Below are positions 45,607 to 59,441 of a DNA stretch of 64,000 bases, piece by piece (within the stretch, counting starts at the first letter, position 1; the number at the start of each line of letters is the position of its first letter). The stretch comes from Asterias rubens. Its lineage: Eukaryota. Location of the stretch: the NCBI RefSeq assembly GCF_902459465.1, contig NC_047066.1:17794001-17858000 (forward strand). Direction: 5' to 3'. The position numbers were made by a program, and so were the translations under genes. The notes under the pieces are model-generated. The model saw nothing but the letters and a program-made list of their open reading frames with translations. It was not told the DNA's origin and ran no database searches.

Positions 45607-48587
45607 GTTTGTTTTTCTTCAGTCTTAACAAAATTACAACCAGAATCGTATAAAAAAGTCTCAAATACTTGTATGAGGTGTTCCTTGGTAAAAGCACTAA
45701 TCGCATACAATTATATTATTTCTTTTGGTTTTATCCATTAGATACACAGAAGAGAAATGCCTGGATTGATTGCAGGAAAATGTCCCCCCAAAGGCTTTCT
45801 GTGCCCAATTTCATGGCTCTTTCTTACTGTAAAGCAAACCGATGCTTACAGAAGCAGGGAATCCACGCTTACGTAAAGCAGATTTCACATAATTTTATAA
45901 GCAGGGAATGCGTACGAATGTGCAGATATTTGGTGGTGAGCAGAGCTATGAAATTGGGCCCTCATTATTCACCCAATTCACCTAATGTCATCATCATTAG
46001 AGCCAGTTTTCAGAACCAACACTCCTTCATATGAGATTTTACTAATGGTTGTACCCGCAAGTTTAATTTATAGTTACTCTTATTCTCCACACCGTGCAAA
46101 GCTTCAAACAGTATTTACAATAATCTTTGTATTACCATTTTGGGAGTCAATTTCCCTGTGTATGTGCAGTATACTGCACATTTTAGGTGACATGGCATTA
46201 ACAAGATTATGAGCATGGCATCATCAGTAGCCACATAAAGGGTGTAAAGGCTCAATACATAATATCATTTATTGTAAAGGAACATCTTTATTGAGCCAAT
46301 GAGCAGCAAACAACGAACCTATGATTGAACATTTTACAATTTTGAGGAAGCAGTTTTGCCATCGTCCCTTTAGTCTACTTTGTCTTTTTCGATGTTTAAT
46401 GTAGTGTATGAATGTATTAATAGTAGATCGTAATGTAGCACCATTTTTAACAATGTTTATTATTAAACTTGCTAAATGAATATTAATTTAAAACATTGAT
46501 TTGAGTTTGTATGTTTTTGTTGTTGTAATGTGAGTAGTGAAGACTGCAGTAAGTTACCCTTCTACCATGTGATAATTCAGTTTCACCCTAGTTGGAATAG
46601 ATTCACTGTGCCTGAAATTGATACAATGTGGTGAATCACAATGTACACAGTCAACCCTCCTACTGTCATACCATTCAATACCGTCTACACAGGTTTGAAT
46701 GATAGATGTACTACACCAGCCTGCAATGATATCATGTGGTGAATGCATCAACAGAGTTCACAGTCCACCCTCCTACTCTCTGACAATTCATGTCTTTAAA
46801 GACACTGGACACCTTCAGTAATTGTCATAGACCAGTCTTCTCGCTTGGTGTATCTCAACATATGCACAAAATAACAAAAAACCTGAAAATTTGAAGTACA
46901 TGTAGCGAGCTAATAATGGAAGAAAAACACCCTTGTCCCACGAAGTTGTGTGCTTTCAGATGCTTATATACAAAGTTTCAAAATCAAATTCAAATATTTT
47001 AGCGAGAAAAAACTTATTTCTCGAAAAATGACATTACTTCCGAGGGACCTGTTTCTCAAAATGTTTTATAGTATAAATTCTTCATTGATCGCTAACAAAT
47101 ATGCTAACAATTATTTTGAGCAATTACCAATAGTATTCATGCCTTTAATGATAGATTCACTATGCCATGCTGCAATATGATAGATGTACATGTACGTGGT
47201 AAACGCATCTACACAGTGAACAAGTATGTAGTTCTGAGCATGATCACTCCACCACATGAAATCTTTGCAGTTAAATGTTTGATCAACTCACTAGCAAATA
47301 CCAATGAAAGTAGGAGCGTTTGGCTTCAGACTTGCAACCCCACCCCTCAAACAAAGGTAAAATTGTAAAATTGGGAGACCATCAACAATAGGGCTAGGCA
47401 GGGCCCAATTTCATAGCGCTGCTAAGCACACAAACTTACTTAGCATGAAAATTCTTCCTTGATAAAAACAGGATTACCAACCATATTTCCATTTGTTGCA
47501 TATTGCTTGTTACTTGTATTCAGCTGTTGTTTGTTTATCCTCCATAACACGTGGAAATTTGGTTGGTAATTCTGTTTTTATCGAGGCCACAGTTTCATGC
47601 TAAGCAAATTTGTGTGTGTTTCGCAGCGCTATGAAATTGGCCCCAAGTCAGTTTGTTAAGCGCTAGTGTGGCAGGACATTATGTCCTCTAGCCCATTCTA
47701 ATTTCCCATATGGGGGACATAATCTCCAGCGTACAAAATTCCCTGGGACACTGGCACGTTAATCTGGAGGTCGAAGGTTCAAACCCTGTTATAGTCAATT
47801 TTTCTTTGTTCACCCCATACTTCTAAGCAAAGTGTGTCATCACAATACAAATCACCAAGTGGTATTGAAAACTCATTCTATGGTGGATCTTAGTGCATTG
47901 TGAAATGAAGTCACAAAGAAGTTTAGTTTTGCGACTAAATTTACTGACTAATATTTTCCAATACAAGCTTTATGGAATTGACCAATGCATTGACATGTTG
48001 GGTATCTTTAATAAACAGAAAATTAAAACAAAGCAAACAGTAAATAACTAGTTAAATCTAGAGTTGTTTATTAAATTGCCCCAGCCAGCACAGATTAAAA
48101 CATAATATGCAAATCTGTAAACATCTTAACTTACAATCTTTCAAGCACATTTTTGAATACATAAAAAATAACTACATTGTATAAAAACATTTTATTAAGG
48201 TTTTATTATTACACAGCTACACCATCATAGAACAAACTATCTGATAATTTTTAAAGCATGATTTAGTAATATAAAATAAATTGCATTGATACAAATTTCT
48301 CAGAAATCTTGATCGGGACTTTTGCACACACAGTTAATTATTAAAAATGTAATCCACTCATTTTATAAAAAGTTACCCATCTAAAAAAACGAATGGCACT
48401 CCGCACTTTATGCTAGACTTGTAGCCAAGTCTCCCTGGTTGTGGGGTAATGATTCAGGTCTCTGCGACAGAATACTGCCCTCGCACGAAGCTGCTGGCTG
48501 CCGACTACTCCCCCAATGAGACTGCCCAGAGCGAGAGCAGTAGTCTTGCGAGAAAATAGCAAGTGTCGCGGGAAGCTCGTTACTCAT

Positions 48588-48832
48588 TGGGTGCGTTCGT
48601 TTAGCTTCCCTGGGTCGACCCCGGTCTGCCCCGGTACGTTCGAATAGCTTTGACGGGGCTCACCCGGGTCAGCCCCCAGTGCCCTGCTTGTGGAGTGGGT
48701 CACTTGGGGGTGACCTGAGGTGCATGCCGTCACCACGAGAGGGCGAGTGTGATCGTTTGATTAGCTCTTGTCAGGGGCTCACCCGAGTGAGCACTGCGGT
48801 GTTGACCCAGGGAAGCTAAACAAACGTACCCA
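48588..48832. mobile_element. GC-rich MITE with TGGGTGCGTTCGTTTAGCTTCCCTGGGTC TIR
   Basis: About 29-bp inverted termini with 2 mismatches. Confidence 0.85.
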
Positions 48833-48904
48833 GTATTTAGGAGTAGGATGCCCATATCAACAATTTAGCACCAGCCGCAGCCGTAAAATTGGACGTGTCA
48901 TAGC

Positions 48905-49255
48905 CTTGCTCAAGGCAGTCCAATTATTCACTCCGTAAAAAGACCACCGCTGTACAAAACCCACCCGCATACAGTGTGTGTAATGTGTGTAACCGCATCA
49001 CACGACACGACGCCCCATACACATCCGCATGAGCTGGCCGCATGAGTTATCCGCATGCGCAGGCCGTGCGGTTAGTGTTACGAGTGCGGATGACTTGTGC
49101 ACAGTAGTCGTACGATGGGTGTTCAGCGATGTGACCGTGTATACGGGTGGGTCGTGCGGTGTATTTACACACACTACGCACAGTCTGTACGGATGGGTTT
49201 ACAACAGCGTCTTTTTCGGAGTGAATAATGCCACTGCCTTGAGCAGACATGGCAA
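48905..49255. mobile_element. Degenerate fold-back element
   Basis: tgctcaaggcagt...attattcactccg.aaaaagac mirrored by gtctttttcggagtgaataat...ctgccttgagca. Confidence 0.7.
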
Positions 49256-50925
49256 GACTGATTATTTGCCTTTGAGTTACATGTGTCAAAGTTCACACAC
49301 CAACTGTTTATATTTGAGTTAAAATGTCCATTTTCATGTAGATGACATACATGTAATGCATGAAAGATAAAACAAATTATCAAAGCACTGATGAAAAAAT
49401 AGCCTTAATATAAACAGTGGACAAACTGTCCACAATCATGGAGCCCAGACAGCTTCATCAATACAGCACTATGTGCTAACCACACTCAATTGTGTTTACA
49501 TTAGAACTTCAACAAAGTTGGGCTAGTTATAAGTTCTACCCATTCAACCATGTGCAAAAAACACAATTTACTCTGCACTTTCCATGACTTCTGTGAAAAA
49601 AAAGTCAACGGTTGGGATTTGAACTAACAACATTTGCCATTCAAGAGCAGATATCTTACCACTCCATTGAAACTGCCCGGTACAACTTTAATAACGGATA
49701 AAAACCCTGTACATGTATATGTATAAGTACCAAGGTTTCGTTTGGAAAGGAATAAATTTGATTTGGCTGTGCAGATTCTTCCTACAAGGTGGTATTAAAT
49801 CCATCAAAACCAAGCAAAACCAGGGGAAAGATTCTATTCTTCTGATAGTGAATCAGAGATTATTATATAGGAATCGCCAGAGCAAAAAAACAGCTCTCAA
49901 AACAATTTCTAATGAATCTGGGAATGGTTTTTGAAACATCTCTAACTACAGAAAAGCATGGAATGTTCACAGTGTGAGCACCAGTAATAAACACCTAGTG
50001 GATTTGGTTGCATAATTCCTTCCCTGCTTAACAGAAACTGTTATTATAATAAGTATGCCTTAGGTGAGCACCTTACAGGCAGTGGACACTATTGGTAATT
50101 GTCAAAGAATAGCCTTCATAGTTGGTGTATCTCAACATATGCATAACAAACCTGTGAAAATTTGCGCTCAATCGGTCATAGAACTTGCGAGATACATGTA
50201 TGAATGAAAGAAAAAAACATTCTTGTCACACGAAGGTGTGTGCGTTTAGATGGTTGATTTCGAGACCTCAAGTTCTAAATCTGAGGTCTCGAAATCAAAT
50301 TCGTGGAAAATTACTTCTTTCTCAAAAACTATGGCACTTCAGAGGGTGCCGTTTCTCACAATGTTTTATACCATCAACCTCTCCCCATTACTCGTCACCA
50401 AGAAAGGTTTTATGGTAATAATTATTTTGAGTAATTACCAATAGTGTCCACTGCCTTTAAATGTCATTGTTCTGCATTTTGCTTTTAAAAGCGAAAGTGA
50501 CATGATTAGGTGAAACATGCATAAAAATTACCATATGGTACGCATCCTGATTTCATGTAAATTAGTGCATAACAGTATTAAGGTTCAAAAGTTCATTATT
50601 TTAAAAATAATTTAACACATCTATAGAGATAAAGGCCTGAAAATTAGACTTGAACTTAAGCCATGCATTATCTCTTAATATCAAGGTCTGTTGTTAACAA
50701 TTAACGTAATCAGGGCCAAGTTTTATAGCTCTGCTTACCGCCAAATTCTGCGCTTACCAACACCATTCTGCATGCGCCAAAGTAAAATGGAGTACCACAC
50801 CCACAAGCCAAATTTCCCCGCTTACCCATGAAATATGCTTGACAGACTTCCCTGCTTCCGCAAGTGCTGAGTCTTTGCCTGGTAAGCAGAGCCATGAAAT
50901 TGGTCTCAGGTTATTTCATAACACT

Positions 50926-51087
50926 TAAGCCAGGTCCATACTCCCTGCAATTGCGATACCAAATTTGACATCACAAATTTGCAACGAATAATTCATACAA
51001 GTTGCTCAACTCCTACGATACATTCGCAGCGAAAACAGATGTGACGTCAAATATCGGATGGCATTGCAGAAAGTATGAACCAGGCTT
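50926..51087. mobile_element. Short MITE with AGCCAGGT(C/T)CATACT TIR
   Basis: aagccaggtccatact...agtatgaaccaggctt. Confidence 0.7.
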
Positions 51088-51624
51088 GACTGTTCAAAAG
51101 AGTTCTGTAAAATGTGCGCTTGAACTATCCTCTTTAACGGTCAAAATTTAGTGTTACAGCTGCCAATTTTTCAAAAAGAACATTAACACTAATATAAAAC
51201 AAAATTTAAAAAGGCAATTACATTCAAAATCAAATTAATCCCTAAAATAGTGATGGCCGAATGCATATTTTCCTTCCTAACTTTCCCCCTGTGTTTATTT
51301 TGCTTAACAATTAACTGACCTTCAACTAACACTCTAAAGTAGATTGTGTTTGATAGTGAGAGTCCAAGTTAAATGCATAACTTCCACCAGACTTTAACAA
51401 AAAACACTTTCGTATTAGTCCTTGCGTAATTATACACTCATAATTATTACATGCAAATTTAACATACTATTAAATTATTAAATTATTGCTTATTTACAAT
51501 TCAGTCCTGTATATTTAAAATAAAAATGACATTCATACCGCACATTTTCAATACAAAAACAATCAAAAGCCCCTTACAACAAAAATGATTACGATGAACT
51601 AAAACATTGACATTTATATGACAT

Positions 51625-52178
51625 TCATAAATACCTCAGACAGTTTCGCTATTCCTATTGGTGGAGAGCGCGTCACGTGGGTGTGTATAAAACTTTGTTT
51701 ATGACCGGTAAAAAGTGTTAATTCATGGGCGTGACACGCGACCTTGCACCTGTTCTTTTAGGACAGTTTCTTCATTCCTATTGGTCGAGAGCAACGGCTG
51801 AAACGGCTGTGCCACATCACGCGATACGCGCGACACGCACAGCATTCCCTTATAAGGAGTTGTTTACCCGAGGGCGGCGGAGGGCTTTACCATTTCATAG
51901 CTGGAGGGGTGTTGTGTTGAAAGAAATCATTTAACAATTATAATTTTTGCATTTAATTTACTTTTTGACCAAAAAGTGATGATGTTTTTGACCGAAAAGG
52001 TATTTATGAATGGGAATCAAAGTGTGTTGAATAGGTTTTCAACTAGTGGTTTAAACCCGCCGAGGTTCTTTATAATTTACCTCGACTTTGTCTCGGTAAA
52101 ATTATCAAGAACCAGGCCTCGTTGGGATTAAACCACTAGTTGAAAACCTGTTCACCACACATTGATTCCCTTATTTAT
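51625..52178. mobile_element. Non-autonomous element with a terminal palindrome around CCTCGACTTTGTCTCGG (possibly Crypton-like)
   Basis: Arms 52012-52054 and 52128-52170 are inverted; twin cctattggt motifs; family assignment is from recall only. Confidence 0.5.
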
Positions 52179-53490
52179 ATGACTGTAAGGTCCACGGATC
52201 ATGTTTAAAGCAGAACCAAGTTCTTAAAGGCAACCATGTTTGACACTGCAATGATGTTTTCGTGTTTTTTATATACTACAGTACAATGAGTCACATTTGC
52301 TGTGTCGGATTGGTAATAGTTTTGTTGAAGCAAAGTTCTAGTTTTCACTAGACCAAGTCCGTACCATGTAGCAACTTCAGTTGATTTTTCACTGTATTCA
52401 GTAAATCACAATTCTTGAGTTGGGGACCTCTTCTTATCTTCAGTTTCATGTAAAGTGTACCTTGAGAATTTCTTTAGCGCAAGATTATAACAGAATAAAG
52501 AGAACCCTGAAGACATTTAACTCAAAATGGAGAAAAATTTTACTTTTTTGATTTTCACATTCAATTGTTAAATCTCATGACACAGTTAAACTCAGCTGCT
52601 GTGCTGAAGGTAGCAGGGAACCGGTAGAAAAATTACAAATCACACAGAATCTGGTTTGTTCCCTTCTTTTGCTTGGCAATGAGTTTCTTACTTGGCACAT
52701 AGGTGTGTTATAGATGTTCCCCTTGGTTTGTCAATAATTATTGTTAAAGTCAATTGGCCATTATTATTAGTAATCATTCATAAAGCTTTTCTAGGATAAA
52801 ATTTGTGAAAAGGTTGCGGACAAAAAAGTTTGCTGCACCAATGGTTGTTTCATCTTTATTTATAGTTGAGTCTGGCCCAAATAACCAATAGGCTCAAGTT
52901 TCAACATGCCCGTCTGTTTAGTTGTTGGGAAAATAGCTGAAGTTTGGCCTAACAAAACGAACTTCATTAATTTTGCCTTGTTTAGTGGTAGTCTAAAAGC
53001 GTCTTTTTGAAAAGGGTGCAGGGAACAAAAATCAAGAAATAGAAGATCCTACAAGTTACTTAACATGTGATGGTGGTTCAGAGTTTTCTGAAAAACTTGT
53101 CTTTGTTATGTTTCTGTTTTATTGGAAGTTTATAACACAGGCTAAAAGTATAACATTTTATATATTTTAACTTGTATAAATAACTTTACATTCACACATC
53201 AACCACAAGAAAAGATTTGTTAAGGAAAGTAAAAAAAGTAAAAGTAAAATCTGCCCCAAGACACTATGGCTCATCATGCCGATGGCCGAGAGTAGTTTGA
53301 TTCTCCCTGGACAGGATACCAGTCTATTGCGTGTTACTCCCAGCTCAAACTGGTACCCATTTTGTACTCCTGGGTGGGGAAAAGCAATTATGATCAAGTG
53401 CCTTGCTCAAGGGCACAAGTGTCGCATCTGACCAAGGAACCATGAGCCTATATATATTAAATATGTTAGTGTTTTTTAAAAAGATAAATA

Positions 53491-56400
53491 TTATTTTGGA
53501 TCCAGTCCGTTAAATACAAAGAGTTCTACAATAGTGTTCACCTGATCTTGAAGACACAGCTGGTATTCTTGTACATCTTGAACCACAACATCGTCTGGTT
53601 CCCCGTTCGATAAGCTCTTGAGGAGATCAGTGTAATAAGGAGCTGCATGGAAAGCCACCTGAAACAACAGAGTAGAAATTATCAAATACTACTTGGTTTT
53701 ACTTTTACACCGATGTGTGACAGCACTGTTTACTCAGTACTTTCCAGAGTTCTGTGAAAACAATCACAGGACTATAACTCAAGTGGGGTTCAAATCCACG
53801 ACCTTTGCCAATCTAGAGCAGATGTCTTACCAAGTAGACTACCAGGCCTCAACCTTCAGAGGGGCAAGGCCACTTGGCCTTAAAAGCTCCAAAAAAGAAA
53901 GGGGCACCAAGGCCAACTGAAAAATATTAAGAAAATTAATTCCCTGCATTCTAATCTGAAGAAAAAAGATCAATTAGTCTCTGGCTCACCACTACCCCAA
54001 CTCTGCGAGACAAACGAGCCCCAGTCCCCCACGCCAACAACCCACCAACAACCCGGAGGCTCAGCTAAATCCAATGATTTGGAAAAATAAAATTGTAAAA
54101 TGTTTTTCATAAATATGATTATGAAAATTAAAAATGAACCCCTACCCCCTTAGCACAAAATAATTGGCCTAGCATTTTTGTTAAACTTGTAAGTTGTATT
54201 GTGCATGCCGGCGTTTATGCCAAGCTAGACTGCGCTAAATAATATTATAAATACTATAGAAATGTAAACAACACCCCCTAATTAAAAAACGCTTCATAAG
54301 TTGGCACTTTGCAGCCACTCCAGCCCTTTCGCCGTCCTGCTTATTTTTGCATCTTTTGTGGGATGACATGCTGATCAATAATGAGATTGATGGAGTATGA
54401 TGATTTCCAAAATTAGGGCTCTGCCATTACCTCCATAATCCGATTTTGAAGTTTTACAATTCCACGCTTGTTTTATGTTGTGTGTACACAAACATGTGTT
54501 TGGCAATGAAAAAGAAAGTCGCAAGGCAGGCAGATCACTGGTAGTGGTGGGTCACAAACAATAATCCAGTACAAGCCTTGGACACCAGCGAAATAGCCAG
54601 GGAAAAAACATGGACTGTATCCTGCCCCGAGCAGACCACACTTAACTTTTGTACAGTGTTTTTCAGTTTTCTATGGCAGTGTTTTGAAAAGAAAAAAGGA
54701 AATCAGCTGATCAGCTGAAAAGTTGCGTGCCTGTTTCATTATTATTGTGGTTTAGCTGCACGTTACACGAGCAAAAACCTGAACAAGAACGCCAGAAAAG
54801 TTTGTTGTAAAAATCTTGCGTTTTAAGCACACATGAAGTTACTACTTCTCACATCAGGTAGGTACCTGCAGAAGTCATATATGAACATGAAATAAGCCCT
54901 AGAAACGACACAATTTTCTGACGTTCACGTTTTACTCGCGTAACGTGCACCTAAACCTCCCTGATAACTCAAAGTTGATGTTTACCTCAACAAGGTTTTT
55001 CACCATCCAGTTATGATATACTTGCAGTGTGTCTTTGTATGCTTGTTTAAGGGATGGAACGATGCTGTTGTCCTTTATGTTGCCTGCCGCTAAGTTCTTC
55101 AGTATGTTGCATACAAAATTAAGAGCTCTGCAAACAAAAATATTGCCACAAGAATAACTTGAGAAAATGTCATCTTTTTCAACCTTTTTTTAGTTGATCA
55201 GTGTGCATCCATACTCTTTGTCAATTCTTTCCTTTCAAAAGTAAAAGTTTTTTTGACATCCCCTTCAGGTGATCCCCATGCTGCCACGTTCCAGGTTGTA
55301 TCGTAACTTTGAGTGTGATCCCTGGCAACCCCAAACAAATTTGTTGTCAAAATTAGGGAGACCAACAACATGAATAGAGCTAGATAGTTGGTATAGTGCC
55401 GCGAGTTAATCCGGAGGTCGCAGGTTCCAATCCCACTTTAGCAAATTTGTCTTTGTTCATCCCAAAATTAGTTTAAAGGAACACGTTGCCTTGGATCAGT
55501 CGAGTTGGTCTTTGAAAAGCAATCTGTTATCGGTTGTTATAAAATGCATATGGGTAGAAAGATGTTGTAAAGGTAGAATACAATGATCTACACAAATATG
55601 CCTTGAAATTGCATTTTTTTTTTTACCTCGTCGACTAACACGGTCGGCCATTTATGGGAGTCAAATTTTTGACTCCCATAAATGGCCGACCGTGTTAGTT
55701 CGCGACGTAAAAGGAAAACCGTGCAATTGTGAGTGATACTTGTGTGGATCATTATATTCTACTTTTAAAACATCTTTCTAACCATATGCATTTCAAAACA
55801 AACAGTTTCAAACGCTTTTTATAGACCAACTCGTCCGATCCAAGGCAACGTGTTCCTTTAAATTTACCCGGTCAGTTAGCCCTTGTGGCGTATTACTTGA
55901 ATCTTATAAAGGGTTAAGAATATTACCTGCTGAGCCATAGTAATGCTTCTGTTGTAGAACCACCTTTGAACGCAGTTCCATTGTTCACATCTACCTCAAT
56001 GATATCTGCTAGAGTGGGATACTTAGCAGGATCTTCTGTATACCGTTTTCTCACCCTCTGGAAATATCAAGAACAATATAGTCATGGCCATTGAAATTGG
56101 GAAAAACATGATCTAGCTTCCTAAAGCACAACAGTTAGGTTGTGCTTTTCCTTAGGTAGTGTTGTAAACAGGTAGTGTTGAAAACAGGTACTGCTCACGT
56201 ACTGTTGAAAACAGGTACCACTTAAAAACAGGTACTGCTTATGTACTGTTGAAAACAGGTACCACTTAAAAACAGGTACTGCTTATGTACTGTTGAAAAC
56301 AGGTACCCGTTTTCACTGGTTGTTCCCTGCTCCCTAGGGCAGAAAGACTTGGTCTTATTTCTATTCAAGCAGCTCTAAAAAAAAAAATTGGTTCACAGCA

Positions 56401-59202
56401 AAATAGAAAAGCACGCCAGGGGTTTGATTCAGTGACCCCCGACCAGAAACAAGAAATCTTGCATAAAATTATTCACCAACCAAAACAATTTCCAAGACTG
56501 TCTAAGTAACCAGAAATGTTTGTTGGCAAAGTCACTAGTACATATATTTATTTAAACTGAATCACAGTCCCAAGTCATAACTATCGAGTCTGGGTCCAAA
56601 GTTGAGTCCAGGATGTTCCAGTCTGAGTAATAATTAGTCATTGTGATTCTAGTGGAGTCAAATTAACATAATATGAGAAAGTTAGACTGGATTTGAGTCA
56701 TAACATTGCATACCAGCAATTTTAATTCAATAAAAAACAAGTACATTTGTACATGTATGTGTAAGTCCCCACACATACATAAACAGGTGCACAGTTTTTC
56801 ATTGCCAGAATCAATGTGGGCATTTAGTGTCAAACACTGCTTAGACCCTGGTAGAAAATGTGTGCAGGTTAAAAAACACAATTGTGCTGGTCCCTGTACG
56901 TTTTAGTATTGTATGGCCTGGAACATCCTAAGCAACCTTCAACAATCTATGTGTATGTATAACTAAATTGATATGTTTTTAAATCACAGATCCACATGAC
57001 TTTTGACACCAAATTCTAACAAATCTACTGCGGGGCAGTAGTGGGACACAGCCAGGACTATCACACAGGGCTAAGGTTACATCCCTGGCCACGTCCCCAT
57101 TAATCTTCGGGCCAGGATTACACTTGATATACCATGCTTCTCTTTGGAACTCCTTGCCTGGTGCATGTTTCCCTTCATCCTATGATTTGCCATCTTTTAA
57201 AGGGTGTGTGTCCTTTTTGTTTTGTAGGACAAAAAACACAATGTCCACAGATTTACACTAAACTTACACAGTTTGAAGATAATGATAGTAGAAAGCTTCC
57301 CTGAAAATATTATGTGCTGAGGTGCTGTAGTTTTTGGAAAATGAGTTAAACAATGTCATAAAAATAAATTTGGTCTCATGAGACCAAAATTATTTTAAGC
57401 AATTATAAACGTATTTATATGACATTTTTTTACTCATTTCTAGAAAACTACAGCACCTCAGTAAGTAATATTTGAAGGGAAGCTTTCCACTATCATTATC
57501 TTCAAACCCTGTACATTAATGTAAATCTATGGACATTTTGAAACAGTACCCAAATCCTTTAGATGAACATAAATTCATACTTTCAGCTCCACCGAGTTAC
57601 TACATTTCTATGTTTTCTTCCTTGTAGCCCTTAACCTAGAGTGGCTTTTTGCCTTGTTTTGAGCGAACTTGCATGGACATGAATGGACAAAAACGTCAAA
57701 AGATATGAATCAGTAAAGTAGCCAGCCTTTACAGACTAAGTATTATGAACATTTGTACCTTGATGTTTCCACTGATGTCTGACTTCACCATAGCAAATGC
57801 TGTAGAACCTAACATATCTGAACAACAAAAACAACGACAAAACATGAGAAAAGTTATAAATACATAGTTGCAATATTGTAATCCTTGATTCTCTAAGAGA
57901 TTGTTGACTAGAACAAAATGAAACAATAATAATTTTTTTACAATAATATATCTTTAATTTTTTTTTCACACTTAAAATTGTGCAAGTAAAATGCTAGAAA
58001 GAGAAGTCAAAAGTATTTCTTTTTTGGCCGTTTTTGCCTGTGTCACGTGATACAGTTGACGTTGCTAATTTAGAGATGAGAAAAGATTTCTGTATCTCGT
58101 CACCACTTTTCACTCATTTTTACAAACAAATAGGAATATTAAATTTTTAGTTTGAGTAAATTAGAATTAGTATACTAATCTAATTTATTTCATACATAAT
58201 GAACAGTGGTGGCAGGATACAAACATTTTTTTCGATGTTAATTTTTATGGGGGGGGGGGGAGAGAAAGCTTCAAGGGGGGGGGGGTGTTTTACTGTTATG
58301 CCCTGTGGTATCTCAATATTCTAATGAAGTAGCCACATGTCTTGAGGAAAAAAATACAACTTTTGTTTGAATGAGATTTTTGATTTATTATGCCAACCAT
58401 TGTAGCTTCTGGATATTCAACAAAATACCAACCAATGAAAGTAATGAAAACATATGACATCACTCCAATGCCGTGCACTCATTACCACTGTAAATGGCGG
58501 ACGATCTCTCGCAACATAAGACAAGACCAAAACTTTTAAGATTTCAACACACGATGAAGTGCAAATGACTTCTAAAAAGGTTGGATAGATGATTTAAAAA
58601 AATAATTATAGTTTTTGATTGTAAAAATTTTTCCCGTTATCCTATCGGAAACTCATGACACCAGGATAGGATACGTTCCCACTCCAACCAAATGGAGGAA
58701 GCAAGCTCAATCAAGTCGACAACCATGATCATATTCATAGCACTAAAACACAAAAAAAACTATTCTATTACTTGTTAAGCTAACAGTAGCAACCAGTAGG
58801 GAAAAATTCAGTGGTTTTGGAGTTAATTAAGCCTGCCCTCAACTCAAGCCTAACTAAATGGCGGATAAATTGGCGGCGATGTGCGGAAAATTATTCACCA
58901 GTAGCACCAGTGCACAATAACTACATGTATTTACTAAAAAATGCTCTACACACTGTAGTACTACAGCACAAGAGCTGGAGATAGAGTAGCACTAGCAGAC
59001 TATCACTCAGTCAAGTGGTCAAGTGTGCAGCATAACCCGCATACATTGTTTGCATGCACAGCCACAGGAAAACCATGGAGCAGTACTCACCAAGCATAGG
59101 TAAAATTGATCCTGAACAAGCATCCAGAAAAATTAATGACTCTATTCTCTTGTCCTCAGGAATCGGAGCAAACTTATGCTCAAGGTTCTTATAAAAAGAC
59201 AT
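53491..59202 (-). CDS. GLTP: Glycolipid transfer protein (GLTP-fold), 203 aa
   Basis: Exons 59202-59091, 57817-57759, 56057-55927, 55127-54986, 53658-53491; GT-AG and in phase (612 nt). Motifs: IPEDKRIES..FLDAC, VKSDISGNIK, TEALLWLSRAL, AYKDTLQVYHNW, AAPYYTDLLKSL. There is no PH domain, so GLTP-like rather than FAPP2. Confidence 0.9.
55473..55861. mobile_element. Second copy of the fold-back TTAA element, nested in a family C tRNA-like repeat
   Basis: Perfect 21-bp TIR AGGAACACGTTGCCTTGGATC; the host repeat resumes (aatttacccggtcagtt...cccttgtgg) after the right TTAA. Confidence 0.9.
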
Positions 59203-59441
59203 GTTTTATTTATAGGTGGAATGGTTAGAATGAACTTTAGTTTAGAGTTTCCACACACACATAAAGTGACACACAGCAGCTAAGGACGTCGTGGGGGCCG
59301 GCCGGGTTTTGTTCATGTCAATTCGAACTTTGACCTACAACTGGTACTCAAATTTACATAATAAAAAGCCTGCTTTAAATGTTAAAAGAAAGCGAACGGT
59401 GGCGCCCTTTATCTTACTGACTGATTGTTGAATTTGATACC
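59203..59441. promoter_or_regulatory. Compact bidirectional promoter and 5' UTRs of GLTP (-) / RAB34-36 (+)
   Basis: Only 239 bp between the two ATGs. Contains GACGTC, GGCCGGCC and GGCGCCCT motifs; no convincing splice acceptor upstream of the GLTP ATG. Confidence 0.6.

Noticed and set aside
56160-56330. Functional alternative acceptors in the AAAACAGGTAC repeat of GLTP intron 2
   Set aside because: The repeat does not copy the real junction and no frame-preserving exon is evident; treated as a simple minisatellite
57040-57065. tgggacacagcc (WDTA) resembling the next Rab G3 exon
   Set aside because: Lies upstream of the Rab start inside a GLTP intron and does not continue as GQE
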